From NCBI GenBank assembly GCA_948441945.1, contig CAOJQV010000004.1:1-59371 (forward strand): 59,371 nucleotides of DNA. The letters run 5' to 3'. Source of the stretch: an uncultured Clostridium sp. GTDB taxonomy: Bacteria; Bacillota; Clostridia; TANB77; CAG-508. This document shows positions 36,189 through 45,622 of the stretch, one piece after another. The notes under the pieces were generated by a model. That model ran no database searches, was not told the origin of the DNA, and saw nothing but the letters and a program-made list of their open reading frames with translations. Position 1 is the stretch's first letter; each line of letters opens with the position of its first letter. A program made the translations under genes and the position numbers.

Positions 36189-37490
36189 TTATTTCTTATA
36201 TATTTTTAATTTTATAAATAGAATTATACTTGCAACTATACTTAATATAACTACTAACCTAAGTAATATTATAACTCCTCCTGCATAAGGTAATGCTATT
36301 TTACTAACTGTATGGTCTTTTTGATTAGTAACTACCTTTTCTTCTTTCTTTTCTTCTACTGGCTGTTTTTCTTCTATTTTATTTTCTTCTTCCTTTTTAT
36401 CGTTTTCTTCAGTATTTTCTTCTTCTATAATATAAGGTGCATTTTTTACTATCAATTCTATTTCTTTATCTTCAGTATCTACTATTTTTCCTTCTTCTGT
36501 TATTTTAAAAGTATAAATTTCTTTATTTAACATATATCCACTTGGTTGTATTGTTTGTTCTATTGTATATGTTCCTGCTTGTAAATTATTTACTTTAAAT
36601 GTTCCATCATTATTTGTTTTTCCAAATTTCACAATTTTTCCATTTTCATCTCTTACTACAAAATGTGCACCTGATATTGAATTTTCCTCTAAATCTGTAT
36701 TTATTATTTTTATGTCATAGTCTTCTATAATGATTTGTAGTTGACTAAATTCAATTTTAGATAATATATTACAATCATGTTGTACATAAGATGAAATTAA
36801 TCCAAAGCTTTCTCCTACATGAATTGAATTGTCTAAGTCTAAATTTAATATTTCTTTTTTATCTTCTTCTACTCTTATTTTTGTTGGAGATGCTTCTACT
36901 AATAGCTCACGTAATTGTTTATTTGTTTTATTAATTCTATTTATTAATTGTCCGTAGTCTTCTACTGTTCTATAACCAGTATTTTCAAATTCATTAACAT
37001 CTACATTATCTACTCTGTAAACACTTATGTCTTGTTGTCTAAATAATAAGATGTATCCTGACATTTTGTCATCTTTAATATCTGCATTAAAGATAAAACC
37101 TGCTCCATCTAATGTATGATAGTTTGCTCTTGTTTCATCTATTATAAATTTAAATGTTTTCTTTCCCTTGTTTTTATATTCTTTATAAAGGAAATCTTTA
37201 TATGAATTTTGTCCATATCCATAAAAATCAATTACATCATTTTGTATGACAATATGTCTTCCATTATATGCTTTATCATTTGTAGTTGTTCTTGTATGCC
37301 AATCCCAGTAATCTTCTTGTTGCCATTCGCTCCAGTTTTCTGGTGAAATTACTGTATTGTCTGTTGCTTTTGATAATGTGCTACTTAAAAATATCAAAAT
37401 TATTACAATACTCAGTATTATTGTAGACTTTGGGTGTATAAATGTTTTCCTATTTTTATAAATATTTTTATTTTTTTCCATATTCATCAC
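36189..37490 (-). CDS. Sortase-anchored surface protein with a SpaA/prealbumin-like domain (LPYAG)
   Basis: Signal peptide; ISGAHFVV...LQAGTYTIEQTIQPSGY...VKN; Glu/Lys-rich stalk; LPYAG + TM + KK; true start may be ATG 37481. Confidence 0.75.
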   Translation of the reverse strand: MMNMEKNKNIYKNRKTFIHPKSTIILSIVIILIFLSSTLSKATDNTVISPENWSEWQQEDYWDWHTRTTTNDKAYNGRHIVIQNDVIDFYGYGQNSYKDFLYKEYKNKGKKTFKFIIDETRANYHTLDGAGFIFNADIKDDKMSGYILLFRQQDISVYRVDNVDVNEFENTGYRTVEDYGQLINRINKTNKQLRELLVEASPTKIRVEEDKKEILNLDLDNSIHVGESFGLISSYVQHDCNILSKIEFSQLQIIIEDYDIKIINTDLEENSISGAHFVVRDENGKIVKFGKTNNDGTFKVNNLQAGTYTIEQTIQPSGYMLNKEIYTFKITEEGKIVDTEDKEIELIVKNAPYIIEEENTEENDKKEEENKIEEKQPVEEKKEEKVVTNQKDHTVSKIALPYAGGVIILLRLVVILSIVASIILFIKLKIYKK

Positions 37491-37751
37491 CTGTTCTTAT
37501 TATACCATAAATTTGTGCTTATTTCAACAGTTTTTGCTATTTACCTCCATTTTATGATTTATAGTCTAATATCTTTATATTTGGGTATAACTAAAAGTGA
37601 TACTTTTCATTTTAATTTTTTTACTTTTTGTTCGATTTATATACATATTTTGGTAATATTAATCTCAGATATATCACATTTATAGTTAGTTTTATTACTT
37701 ATTGAGCATTGATATACTTATTATACGTTATTTTTAACATGGAGGTATAAT

Positions 37752-38084
37752 ATGAAATCTATGAAAAAAGAAGAAATTAATAAAGAAATAGGCGAAACAT
37801 TTAAAAAATATCGTTTAAGAAGTAAATTAACTCAAGAATCCATTGCAGAAAGTTTAGGTATATCTGCAAAATATATATCACGAATTGAAAATGGTACTGG
37901 TGGAGTAAAACTTGAAACACTTGTTAATTATATTAATATTCTTGGTATATCTCCTAATGTTATATTTGATAAGTTAATTGTTAATGAAAGTTTAATTCCT
38001 CAACTTGAATTATCTAAAAAGGCGAGTTTATTATCTGAAGAGAATATTAATCTTCTTAATAGTATAGCAGATTTGTTGAAATAG
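37752..38084 (+). CDS. XRE-family HTH transcriptional regulator
   Basis: LTQESIAESLGISAKYISRIENG; RBS GGAGGT; divergent from the surface-protein gene. Confidence 0.88.
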   Translation: MKSMKKEEINKEIGETFKKYRLRSKLTQESIAESLGISAKYISRIENGTGGVKLETLVNYINILGISPNVIFDKLIVNESLIPQLELSKKASLLSEENINLLNSIADLLK

Positions 38085-38363
38085 GGAGAGAGGGACGTTC
38101 CTTTTTTCCCTCAAAATAGGGAATAGGGGACACTCCTAGGATAAGTCTCTCATTCCCTTCACTTTTTATATTAACTAAAAAGATTTATATATTAATATTT
38201 TTAGCAAAAACATATCTGGGGTCTATCTTTGGGTCTTTGCTTGCTAATATAATATATAAATCTTTTTAAATTTAAAAATGTTAAAAGGGAATGTGAACTT
38301 ATCTTAGGAGTGTCCCCTATTCCCTATTTTGAGGGAAAAAAGGAACGTCCCTCTCTCCCTATT
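38080..38363. repeat. 284-bp REPIN/MITE-like inverted-repeat element of the GGGACG family
   Basis: 59-bp perfect outer arms (38080-38138 / 38305-38363); further imperfect pairing inside (aaaaagatttatatatta / taatatataaatcttttt); both flanking stop codons lie symmetrically at the arm ends. Confidence 0.92.
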
Positions 38364-39756
38364 CTCTCCAAAAAGCTTTATAAGTTTCGTAAGCTGAATA
38401 TATATCAAATTTACTTGTTACTTCATAAGGTGCATGCATCGAAAGAACTGGTACACCGCAGTCTATTACATCTGCTCCTTTATTTGCTAAAATATATGCA
38501 ATAGTTCCTCCTCCACCAATGTCTACTTTTCCTAATTCTGCTATTTGGTATTTAATATCATTTTTTTCTAGCACGTTTCTAATCCATGCAACATATTCTG
38601 CATTTGCGTCAGATGCTCCCGATTTTCCTCTTGCTCCAGTATATTTATTTAGGCTTATACCTTTTCCAATAAATCCTGCATTTAGTTTATCTGATACCTG
38701 ACTATATATTGGGTCAAATCCTGCGTCTACATCTGATGATAACATTTTCGAGAAACAAAATACTTTATCTAGTAAATTTGGTTTGTTTATTCCAAGTTTA
38801 TTTAATATTTCTGAAATAAAGAAGTCAAACATATGTGATTCCATACCAGTGTTTCCCATACTTCCTATTTCTTCTTTGTCAGATAAAATACAAATTGCTG
38901 TATTTTTTATATTTTCTAATGTCATCATAGCTGCAAGTGATGTATATGCACATACTTTATCATCTTGACCATAAGCTGCAACCATACTGCTGTCAAATCC
39001 TAGACTTCTAGCTTTAAATGCTGGTATTATTTCTAATTCAGAACTTTGTAAATCTGCTTCTATTATTCCATATTTTTGATTTAATATATTTAAAATATTT
39101 AGTTTTACTTTTTCTTTTGCATTTTCATCTGGATAAGGCATATTTCCAATTAAAACATTTAAGTTTTCACCTTCAATTCCGTCTTTTAACTTTTTTTCCA
39201 TTTGCTCTTGTGCTAAATGTGGTAATAAATCTGTAATTGTAAATATTGGGTCATCTTCGTCTTCTCCAATATTAATTGTAACTTTCTCTCCATTTGGTTT
39301 TACAATTACTCCATGGATACTTAATGGGATTGTTGTCCATTGGTATTTTTTTATTCCTCCATAGTAATGAGTTTTTAGATATGCCATATCTGTGTCTTCA
39401 TATAATGGGTTTGGTTTTAAATCTAGTCTTGGCGAATCTACATGTGACCCAATAATGTGAAGTCCTTTTTCTATATCTTCTGTACCAATTATACCTAAAT
39501 ACATACTTTTTTCTCTGTTTACAAAATATACTTTATTTCCTGGTTCTAAAGTTTCATATTCAGCAATGTCTTTATATCCATTTTCTCTTGCCATTTTAAT
39601 TGCTTCTGTTATGAATTCTCTTTCTGTTTTTGCTTTATTTAAAAAATTCATATAGTCTTTTGTAAAATTGAAAATTGTTTCTTTTTGCCTTGTGTCTGTT
39701 GTCTCCCATCCATTTATTTTTTTGTAAGATAATTTTTTTTCTAAATTTTCTTCCAT
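38359..39756 (-). CDS. M18 family aminopeptidase
   Basis: IGSHVDSPRLDLKP, THYYGGIKKYQW, QDDKVC, DKEEIGS, GGGTI, SMHAP. Confidence 0.93.
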   Translation of the reverse strand: MEENLEKKLSYKKINGWETTDTRQKETIFNFTKDYMNFLNKAKTEREFITEAIKMARENGYKDIAEYETLEPGNKVYFVNREKSMYLGIIGTEDIEKGLHIIGSHVDSPRLDLKPNPLYEDTDMAYLKTHYYGGIKKYQWTTIPLSIHGVIVKPNGEKVTINIGEDEDDPIFTITDLLPHLAQEQMEKKLKDGIEGENLNVLIGNMPYPDENAKEKVKLNILNILNQKYGIIEADLQSSELEIIPAFKARSLGFDSSMVAAYGQDDKVCAYTSLAAMMTLENIKNTAICILSDKEEIGSMGNTGMESHMFDFFISEILNKLGINKPNLLDKVFCFSKMLSSDVDAGFDPIYSQVSDKLNAGFIGKGISLNKYTGARGKSGASDANAEYVAWIRNVLEKNDIKYQIAELGKVDIGGGGTIAYILANKGADVIDCGVPVLSMHAPYEVTSKFDIYSAYETYKAFWRE

Positions 39757-39876
39757 TTTTTCCTCCTCATTAGTTTTTTTTAGTATATCACTTTATTTTT
39801 TATTTTTCCACTTTTTTTTGTATTTATTATATTTTTTAGTAAATAATATTATTACTATTATTTCTAGGAGGAATTT

Positions 39877-41382
39877 ATGAATTCTTTATGGTTAAGTGAA
39901 AATTTTCAAATTAAATATGATAAAAGTTTAGATTCTAATATCACTTGTGATGTTTGTATTGTTGGTGCTGGAATTTTTGGTCTTACTTGTGCTTATTATT
40001 TATCAAAAGCAGGTTTAAAAGTAGTTGTAATAGATAAAAGTGGTATTGCTCAAAAGACAACTGGACATACTACTGCTAAAATTACTTCTCAACATGGGTT
40101 GTTTTATACTTATTTGATTGATACTTATGGAGAGCAATTTGCTAGAGATTATTTATTTGCTAATGAAGATGCTATTAAAAATATTAAGGATATTATTGAT
40201 TTGGAACATATTCGTTGCGATTTTGAAAAACAGTCTAGTTTTGTTTATACAACTAATCCATCAGAAGTAAATAAAATAAAAAAAGAAGTTGATAATATTA
40301 ATAGTTTAGGCTTTTCTGCTAATTTTGCTACTAAAACAGGTTTACCTTTTGAAATTGCAGGAGCTGTTCAATTTCCTAATCAGGCTCAGTTTCATCCTTT
40401 AAAATATGTTGATGGTTTGCGTAAATGTATTTTGAAAAATGGTGGTGAAATATATACTAATACTGCTGTTTATGATGTTAAAAATGAAAATGGTGAATTT
40501 AATTTTTTAACTATTGGTGGAACTATACATTCTAAATATGGCATTTTAGCTTCTCATTATCCTTTTTTGAATTTCCCTGGAATGTATTTTTTAAAGATGT
40601 ATCAATCATCTTCTTATGTAATTGGGATTGATACTAAAAAAACTTTGTGGAATGGTATGTATATTACTGCTTCTTCTCCTACCTATTCTTTTAGAACTGC
40701 TACTTATCAAGGTAAAAAGATTCTTTTATTAGGTGGAGCTGACCATAAGACTGGTACTCCTGTTACTCCTGCTCAAAGTTATGAGTCTTTAGAAACTTTC
40801 GCTAAAAGCATATATCCTAATTGTGATGTCTTATTCCATTGGGATACTAGAGATTGTATTACTTTAGATAAAATTCCTTATATTGGTTTGTTTTCTAATT
40901 TAATTGATAATCTTTATGTGGGTACTGGTTTTAATAAGTGGGGCATGACTTCTTCTAATGTCGCTGCTAATATTGTTTGTGATGAGATTTTGGGAAAAGA
41001 AAATGAGTATGCTTATGTTTTTGATTCTAATCGTGTTAATCCTATTAAGAATCATACTGAAATGAAAAATATGTTGGTAGAATCTGCTCAGTCTTTATTT
41101 CTTAAGAAAGTGAAAGATGCTTCTGTTTCTTTTGATGATATTGCAAATGATTCTGGTGGTATTATTGAAATTAATAAGCAAAAAATAGGTATTTATAAGA
41201 GTCCTTCTGGAGAGCTTTTTGCTGTTAAACCTGTGTGTACACATTTAGGTTGTTTGCTTTCTTGGAATGATACTGATAAAACTTGGGATTGCCCTTGTCA
41301 TGGCTCTCGTTTTGATTTTAAAGGTAATAATCTTTATGACCCTGCTTTTAGAAATTTGGATAGTTATAATTTAAATTTTTAA
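39877..41382 (+). CDS. FAD-dependent oxidoreductase with C-terminal Rieske [2Fe-2S] domain (YhfW-like)
   Basis: IVGAGIFG, TTGHTTAKITSQHG, TGFNKWGMT; Rieske CTHLGC...WDCPCHGSRF. Confidence 0.92.
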   Translation: MNSLWLSENFQIKYDKSLDSNITCDVCIVGAGIFGLTCAYYLSKAGLKVVVIDKSGIAQKTTGHTTAKITSQHGLFYTYLIDTYGEQFARDYLFANEDAIKNIKDIIDLEHIRCDFEKQSSFVYTTNPSEVNKIKKEVDNINSLGFSANFATKTGLPFEIAGAVQFPNQAQFHPLKYVDGLRKCILKNGGEIYTNTAVYDVKNENGEFNFLTIGGTIHSKYGILASHYPFLNFPGMYFLKMYQSSSYVIGIDTKKTLWNGMYITASSPTYSFRTATYQGKKILLLGGADHKTGTPVTPAQSYESLETFAKSIYPNCDVLFHWDTRDCITLDKIPYIGLFSNLIDNLYVGTGFNKWGMTSSNVAANIVCDEILGKENEYAYVFDSNRVNPIKNHTEMKNMLVESAQSLFLKKVKDASVSFDDIANDSGGIIEINKQKIGIYKSPSGELFAVKPVCTHLGCLLSWNDTDKTWDCPCHGSRFDFKGNNLYDPAFRNLDSYNLNF

Positions 41383-41462
41383 ATATTTTTGGTTTTTTAT
41401 TGACTTATGGCATTGTTTTTGCTACAATTTCTTTAAATTCATATATTTATATATTATTTGTT

Positions 41463-41504
41463 GAGCTAGATTTCTTCTTTTACGATAAATCTAGTTCTTT
41501 TTTT
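41463..41504 (+). terminator. Intrinsic terminator downstream of the FAD oxidoreductase
   Basis: gagctagattt / aaatctagttc stem followed by T7. Confidence 0.65.
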
Positions 41505-41561
41505 ATGACTTTGATTTTTATGGTTTTTGTATAATATTTCGCTTGTTTCGTAAGCTTTTCT

Positions 41562-41590
41562 TGATTTTTTTCCATTTTTTGTGTTATAAT
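41562..41590 (+). promoter_or_regulatory. Sigma-A promoter of the 45-aa ORF
   Basis: TTGATT-N17-TATAAT with extended TG. Confidence 0.55.
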
Positions 41591-41625
41591 ATAGTTACCA
41601 TAATATTTCTAAGGAGGATAAAGAT

Positions 41626-41763
41626 ATGGACAACAATGTGGCAAATCGTTTAATAGGCATGTTTGGTGTAGATGAATTCTGCAAGCGGGTTAAACCGTAC
41701 TATTGGCCAGAATATGTAAAAAAAGATTTATCTAAAAGCATATCTTGGCAGATAAATCTGTAA
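41626..41763 (+). CDS. Small protein, 45 aa (below the ORF-track cut-off): MDNNVANRLIGMFGVDEFCKRVKPYYWPEYVKKDLSKSISWQINL
   Basis: RBS AAGGAGG upstream of the ATG, own promoter, downstream GC hairpin at 41825-41851. Confidence 0.55.
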   Translation: MDNNVANRLIGMFGVDEFCKRVKPYYWPEYVKKDLSKSISWQINL

Positions 41764-41824
41764 ACATACCCACATATGCTAACTGAGTATCACTCCTTAA
41801 GCAGTATAGAGTATATACTTGGTA

Positions 41825-41860
41825 CCCCAGTTTTCATTAAGAAAGCTGGGGAATTCTTTT
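41825..41860 (+). terminator. Terminator-like hairpin after the 45-aa ORF
   Basis: ccccagttttc / gaaagctgggg followed by aattctttt. Confidence 0.6.
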
Positions 41861-41940
41861 GCTTTTTAAACGTCAAAAATAAATTATGTAAATACTTTCA
41901 TATTATGTAAAATAATGGAATGGTAGGTACAACTGATTTA

Positions 41941-42066
41941 ATGAAATATACTAATATATCTAAAAATACCATTTTAAAAATTTTAAAAGAATTTGAACAT
42001 ATTGGTTTGATAGAATGGGTTGGGACAAATGAATTTGATCCAATGAAGAAATGTAGAATTAAATAA
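41941..42066 (+). pseudogene. Probable C-terminal winged-HTH gene fragment
   Basis: MKYTNISKNTILKILKEFEHIGLIEWVGTNEFDP resembles the end of wHTH-tailed ATP-binding/regulator proteins; in-frame stop shortly upstream and no strong RBS. Confidence 0.4.
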
Positions 42067-42080
42067 TAAAAATCATAAAA

Positions 42081-42140
42081 GTGAACAGTGTTGAATGGTT
42101 TTAAACGGTTTTGAACGGTTGTAAATAGTGATGAACGAAT
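42081..42140. repeat. Six degenerate 10-bp tandem units (consensus approx. tTGAACGGTT)
   Basis: gtgaacagtg ttgaatggtt ttaaacggtt ttgaacggtt gtaaatagtg atgaacgaat. Confidence 0.65.
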
Positions 42141-42154
42141 TTTATAAAAGTAAT

Positions 42155-42190
42155 AAAAAAGTACTGAAACCTAATATTTTCAGTACTTTT
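42155..42190 (-). terminator. Intrinsic terminator of tRNA-Pro
   Basis: aaaagtactgaaa / tttcagtactttt hairpin with a U-tract on the minus strand, immediately after the tRNA 3' end. Confidence 0.7.
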
Positions 42191-42191
42191 C

Positions 42192-42267
42192 TGGTCGAGG
42201 TGACAGGGATCGAACCTGCGACCTCATGGTCCCAAACCACGCGCGCTACCAACTGCGCTACACCTCG
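42192..42267 (-). tRNA. tRNA-Pro (anticodon TGG)
   Basis: Reverse complement cgaggtgtagcgcagttggtagcgcgcgtggtttgggaccatgaggtcgcaggttcgatccctgtcacctcgacca folds as a cloverleaf with encoded CCA. Confidence 0.96.
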
Positions 42268-42400
42268 ATAAATTTTTAAATACTAATATATATTATCACA
42301 ATTATTAGATAAATTCAATAGTTTTTAATAAAATTTACTTAATTTTAAAAATCAGATCTGCCAAAAAGCACTTTTACTTATAATTTTGGCAGACTACATA

Positions 42401-43258
42401 TTATAAATTATATAAATTTTCATCAACTAAAAGCTTTACCCTCTTTTGAGTTCTCTCATTGTTAGACTTTAAAGCCTCCTCTATAAATTCAGGATGATTA
42501 ATCAAAAATTCTCTCATAGTTGTATAAGAGTCTCTATAAAAACCTTTTAGCATATTTAATTGAGTTTCATTAATTATATTTAATTCAAAAGCTTTCTCAA
42601 AAAGTAAATCATCAACAACTGCAAGAGGAATTGTTTTAATATTCTCTTTTTCAAGAACCTCTGTACCACCTTGTTTTCTGTCTACAATATAACAAGTCCA
42701 AGCTAGATTACCATTTAAATTTCTGATTGCAGGAATCCATGAGCGAACATAGTTAGATGCTGCAGTAACTAAATCAGATGCATTTAAAACTTTCTTTCCT
42801 TCTAAATCAAATACTTTTTCAGTAGATGTAAAATTATATGGACTAACAAAAGTTTCTAAGTCTTTAAATATAGTAAGATGTGGCTTCTTTAATATATATG
42901 CAATCATATTAGAAAAATACCAGTCTCTTCTTTCTCCTCCAGAAATATAATCAATTTCATCAATATTAACATTATTTTTTATAGCTTCTACCATAGTATC
43001 AATTGTATATTTGTATATATTATTCTTTTGATACTGTTTCATAACTTCATCAAACACTTTTTTAGGTAAATTTGGTCTATCTTCAAGTAGAGTATCTATG
43101 TAACTTAAAAATTCTGTCGCTTCCTTTTCATTTCCATAAAGAAAATGTGTATTTACAAAATATGGAGAAATTGTTCCAGAAGTTAGAAAAAATGGTTTGT
43201 TCTCCTCACAAAACTTCACAGCTTTTGTTTCAAATAAATATGACATTATATCAGACAT
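42401..43258 (-). CDS. pyrE: Orotate phosphoribosyltransferase-like protein (divergent type I PRTase)
   Basis: PFFLTSGTISPYFVN N-terminus, GKKVLNASDLVTAAS PRPP-loop variant, YIVDRKQGG; divergent from the pyr genes. Confidence 0.7.
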   Translation of the reverse strand: MSDIMSYLFETKAVKFCEENKPFFLTSGTISPYFVNTHFLYGNEKEATEFLSYIDTLLEDRPNLPKKVFDEVMKQYQKNNIYKYTIDTMVEAIKNNVNIDEIDYISGGERRDWYFSNMIAYILKKPHLTIFKDLETFVSPYNFTSTEKVFDLEGKKVLNASDLVTAASNYVRSWIPAIRNLNGNLAWTCYIVDRKQGGTEVLEKENIKTIPLAVVDDLLFEKAFELNIINETQLNMLKGFYRDSYTTMREFLINHPEFIEEALKSNNERTQKRVKLLVDENLYNL

Positions 43259-43396
43259 ATTCTTAACCTCCTTTAATTTTATAATGTAATTGTAAACGTA
43301 AAAAATTAAAAAGTCAATAAACGTATTGTAAATATATTTATAAAATGATAAAATGCTTTAAGTAACTTGTAATATATTTTAAAAGGAGGAATTTTA

Positions 43397-44671
43397 ATGA
43401 AAACATTACTAAAAAATGGAACATTGATTGACTACAAAACAAGCATATTTGAAAAATATGACATACTAATACAAGATGACAAAATTTCAAAAGTCGAAAA
43501 AAATATACAAGATGAAGCAGATACAACAATAGATTGTACTAATTTGAATATTATACCTGGAATGATTGATATTCATTGCCATTTAAGAGAACCTGGTTTT
43601 GAATATAAAGAAACAATCGAAACAGGTGCTAAAAGTGCCGTTTGTGGTGGTTTTACTACTATTTGCCCTATGCCAAATACTAAACCTACTCCTGATAGCA
43701 CTATTATTTTGCAAAAAATAATAGATGAAGCTAAAAGAGTAAATTTATGTAATATCTTGCCTTATGCTTCTGTAACAAAAGGGGAAAAAGGCGAAGAGCT
43801 AGTTAACTTTGAAGAACTAAAAAATGCTGGAGCTATTGCTTTTTCTGATGATGGAATGCCTGTTGTAAATAGTAACACGATGAGACAAGCCATAATAGAA
43901 GCTGATAAATTAGGTACTTATGTTGCATCACATTGTGAAGAAAAATCAGTATCTAAAGGTGCTATAAATGCAGGAAGTATTGCTGATGAGTTAGGTGTAG
44001 AAGGTGTATTACCTGAGGCAGAGGAAATAATGGCTGCAAGAGAAATTGTTATTTCAGAAACAAATAATGTAAGAGCTCATATCTGTCATATTAGTACAAA
44101 AACATCTAAAAATATGATAAGAGACGCTAAAAAAAGAGGTGTAAAAATAACTTGTGAAACATGTCCTCATTACTTTACATTTACAGTGGATGAAGTTAAA
44201 AAGTCAGGAACAAATGCAAAAATGAATCCTCCTTTAAGAGAAGAAAAAGATAGATTAGCAATAATAGAAGGTCTAAAGGAAGGAACAATTGACTGTATAA
44301 TAACTGACCATGCTCCTCATTCAGAAGATGAGAAAAAACAAGATTTATCAAAAGCTCCTAATGGAATAATTGGTTTTGAGACAGCTTTATCTGCAGAAAT
44401 AATGAATTTGATAGATACTGGTGATTTAAGTTATTTAGATTTAGTTAGATTAACTTCATATAATCCTGCAAATTTATTAAAGATAGACAGAGGTTCTATA
44501 GAAGTTGGAAAAGTTGCTGATATAACAATATTTGACCCAAATGAAAAATATGTTTACACAAAAGAAATGATTGTTTCAAAAGCTAAAAATAGTCCTTTTA
44601 TTGGTAAAACTTTAAAGGGTAAAGTTAAATATACTATTGTTAATGGAAAAGTTGTATATAAAGAAAGATAG
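43397..44671 (+). CDS. pyrC: Dihydroorotase
   Basis: PGMIDIHCHLREPG, MPNTKP, HCEE, HICHIST, KMNPPLR, TDHAPH. Confidence 0.95.
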   Translation: MKTLLKNGTLIDYKTSIFEKYDILIQDDKISKVEKNIQDEADTTIDCTNLNIIPGMIDIHCHLREPGFEYKETIETGAKSAVCGGFTTICPMPNTKPTPDSTIILQKIIDEAKRVNLCNILPYASVTKGEKGEELVNFEELKNAGAIAFSDDGMPVVNSNTMRQAIIEADKLGTYVASHCEEKSVSKGAINAGSIADELGVEGVLPEAEEIMAAREIVISETNNVRAHICHISTKTSKNMIRDAKKRGVKITCETCPHYFTFTVDEVKKSGTNAKMNPPLREEKDRLAIIEGLKEGTIDCIITDHAPHSEDEKKQDLSKAPNGIIGFETALSAEIMNLIDTGDLSYLDLVRLTSYNPANLLKIDRGSIEVGKVADITIFDPNEKYVYTKEMIVSKAKNSPFIGKTLKGKVKYTIVNGKVVYKER

Positions 44672-44680
44672 GAGAATGTT

Positions 44681-45610
44681 ATGCAAAACCAAATTGATAG
44701 ATTAATAGAAAAAATCAAAGAAACGAATAACCCTACTGTAATAGGAGTAGATACCAGATATGATATGGTACCAGATTGCGTAAAAAATAAATACTTTAAA
44801 GACATAAAAGGTATGTGTAGTGCAATGCTAGAATATAGCAAAGCTTTAATAGATAGTACTTATGATATTATTCCTGCTGTTAAATTACAAAGTGCATATT
44901 TTGAAATGTATGGAGTAGAAGGAATCAAATTATATAAAGAAATGATTGACTATTGCAAAGAAAAAGATATGGTTGTTATGGCAGATGTTAAAAGAGGAGA
45001 TATTGGTTCTACTTCTGCTGGATATTCTAAAGCATATTTAGGCAAAAATACAATCAATGAAAAAGAAGAAGGAATTTTTGATGTTGATTTTGCAACAGTT
45101 AATCCATATATGGGTTCAGATTGTATAAATCCTTTTGTTGAAGATTGTAAAAAATATGATAAAGGAATCTTTGTGTTAGTTAAAACTTCAAATAAATCAT
45201 CAGGAGAATTGCAAGATTTAAAGACTGAAGATGGTGAAGAAATTTATAAAAAAGTTGCTAAGTTAGTAAATACTTGGGGAAAAGACTTAATTGGTCAATA
45301 TGGATATAGTTCTGTATCAGCAGTAGTTGGAGCAACATATCCAAAACAATTGAAAGAACTAAGGGAACTTATGCCACATTCTTATTTCTTAATTCCTGGA
45401 TATGGTGCTCAAGGTGGAAAAGCTGAAGATATTGCTTTAGGATTTGATGAAAATGGATTAGGTGGAATAGTAAATGCTACAAGAAGTTTAATGTGTGCTT
45501 ATAAGTCAAATTTATGGAAAGATAAATTTAAAGAAGAAGATTATGCAAAAGCTACTAGAGCTGAAGCTATACGTATGAGAGATGAATTAAATAATGCTAT
45601 AAATAAGTAA
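44681..45610 (+). CDS. pyrF: Orotidine-5'-phosphate decarboxylase
   Basis: DVKRGDIGST, TVNPYMG, VLVKTSN, VVGATYP, LIPGYGAQGG. Confidence 0.95.
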   Translation: MQNQIDRLIEKIKETNNPTVIGVDTRYDMVPDCVKNKYFKDIKGMCSAMLEYSKALIDSTYDIIPAVKLQSAYFEMYGVEGIKLYKEMIDYCKEKDMVVMADVKRGDIGSTSAGYSKAYLGKNTINEKEEGIFDVDFATVNPYMGSDCINPFVEDCKKYDKGIFVLVKTSNKSSGELQDLKTEDGEEIYKKVAKLVNTWGKDLIGQYGYSSVSAVVGATYPKQLKELRELMPHSYFLIPGYGAQGGKAEDIALGFDENGLGGIVNATRSLMCAYKSNLWKDKFKEEDYAKATRAEAIRMRDELNNAINK

Positions 45611-45622
45611 GGAGGATATGTT

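Noticed and set aside
38080-38363. Classical IS-derived MITE with target-site duplication, and the 38310-38504 ORF
   Set aside because: No flanking direct repeat seen and the element pairs along most of its length, so it is better described as REPIN-like; the ORF is element plus antisense sequence
43259-43396. PyrR attenuator upstream of the pyr operon
   Set aside because: No AGUCCAGUGAGGC-like binding loop or terminator/antiterminator visible in the short AT-rich gap
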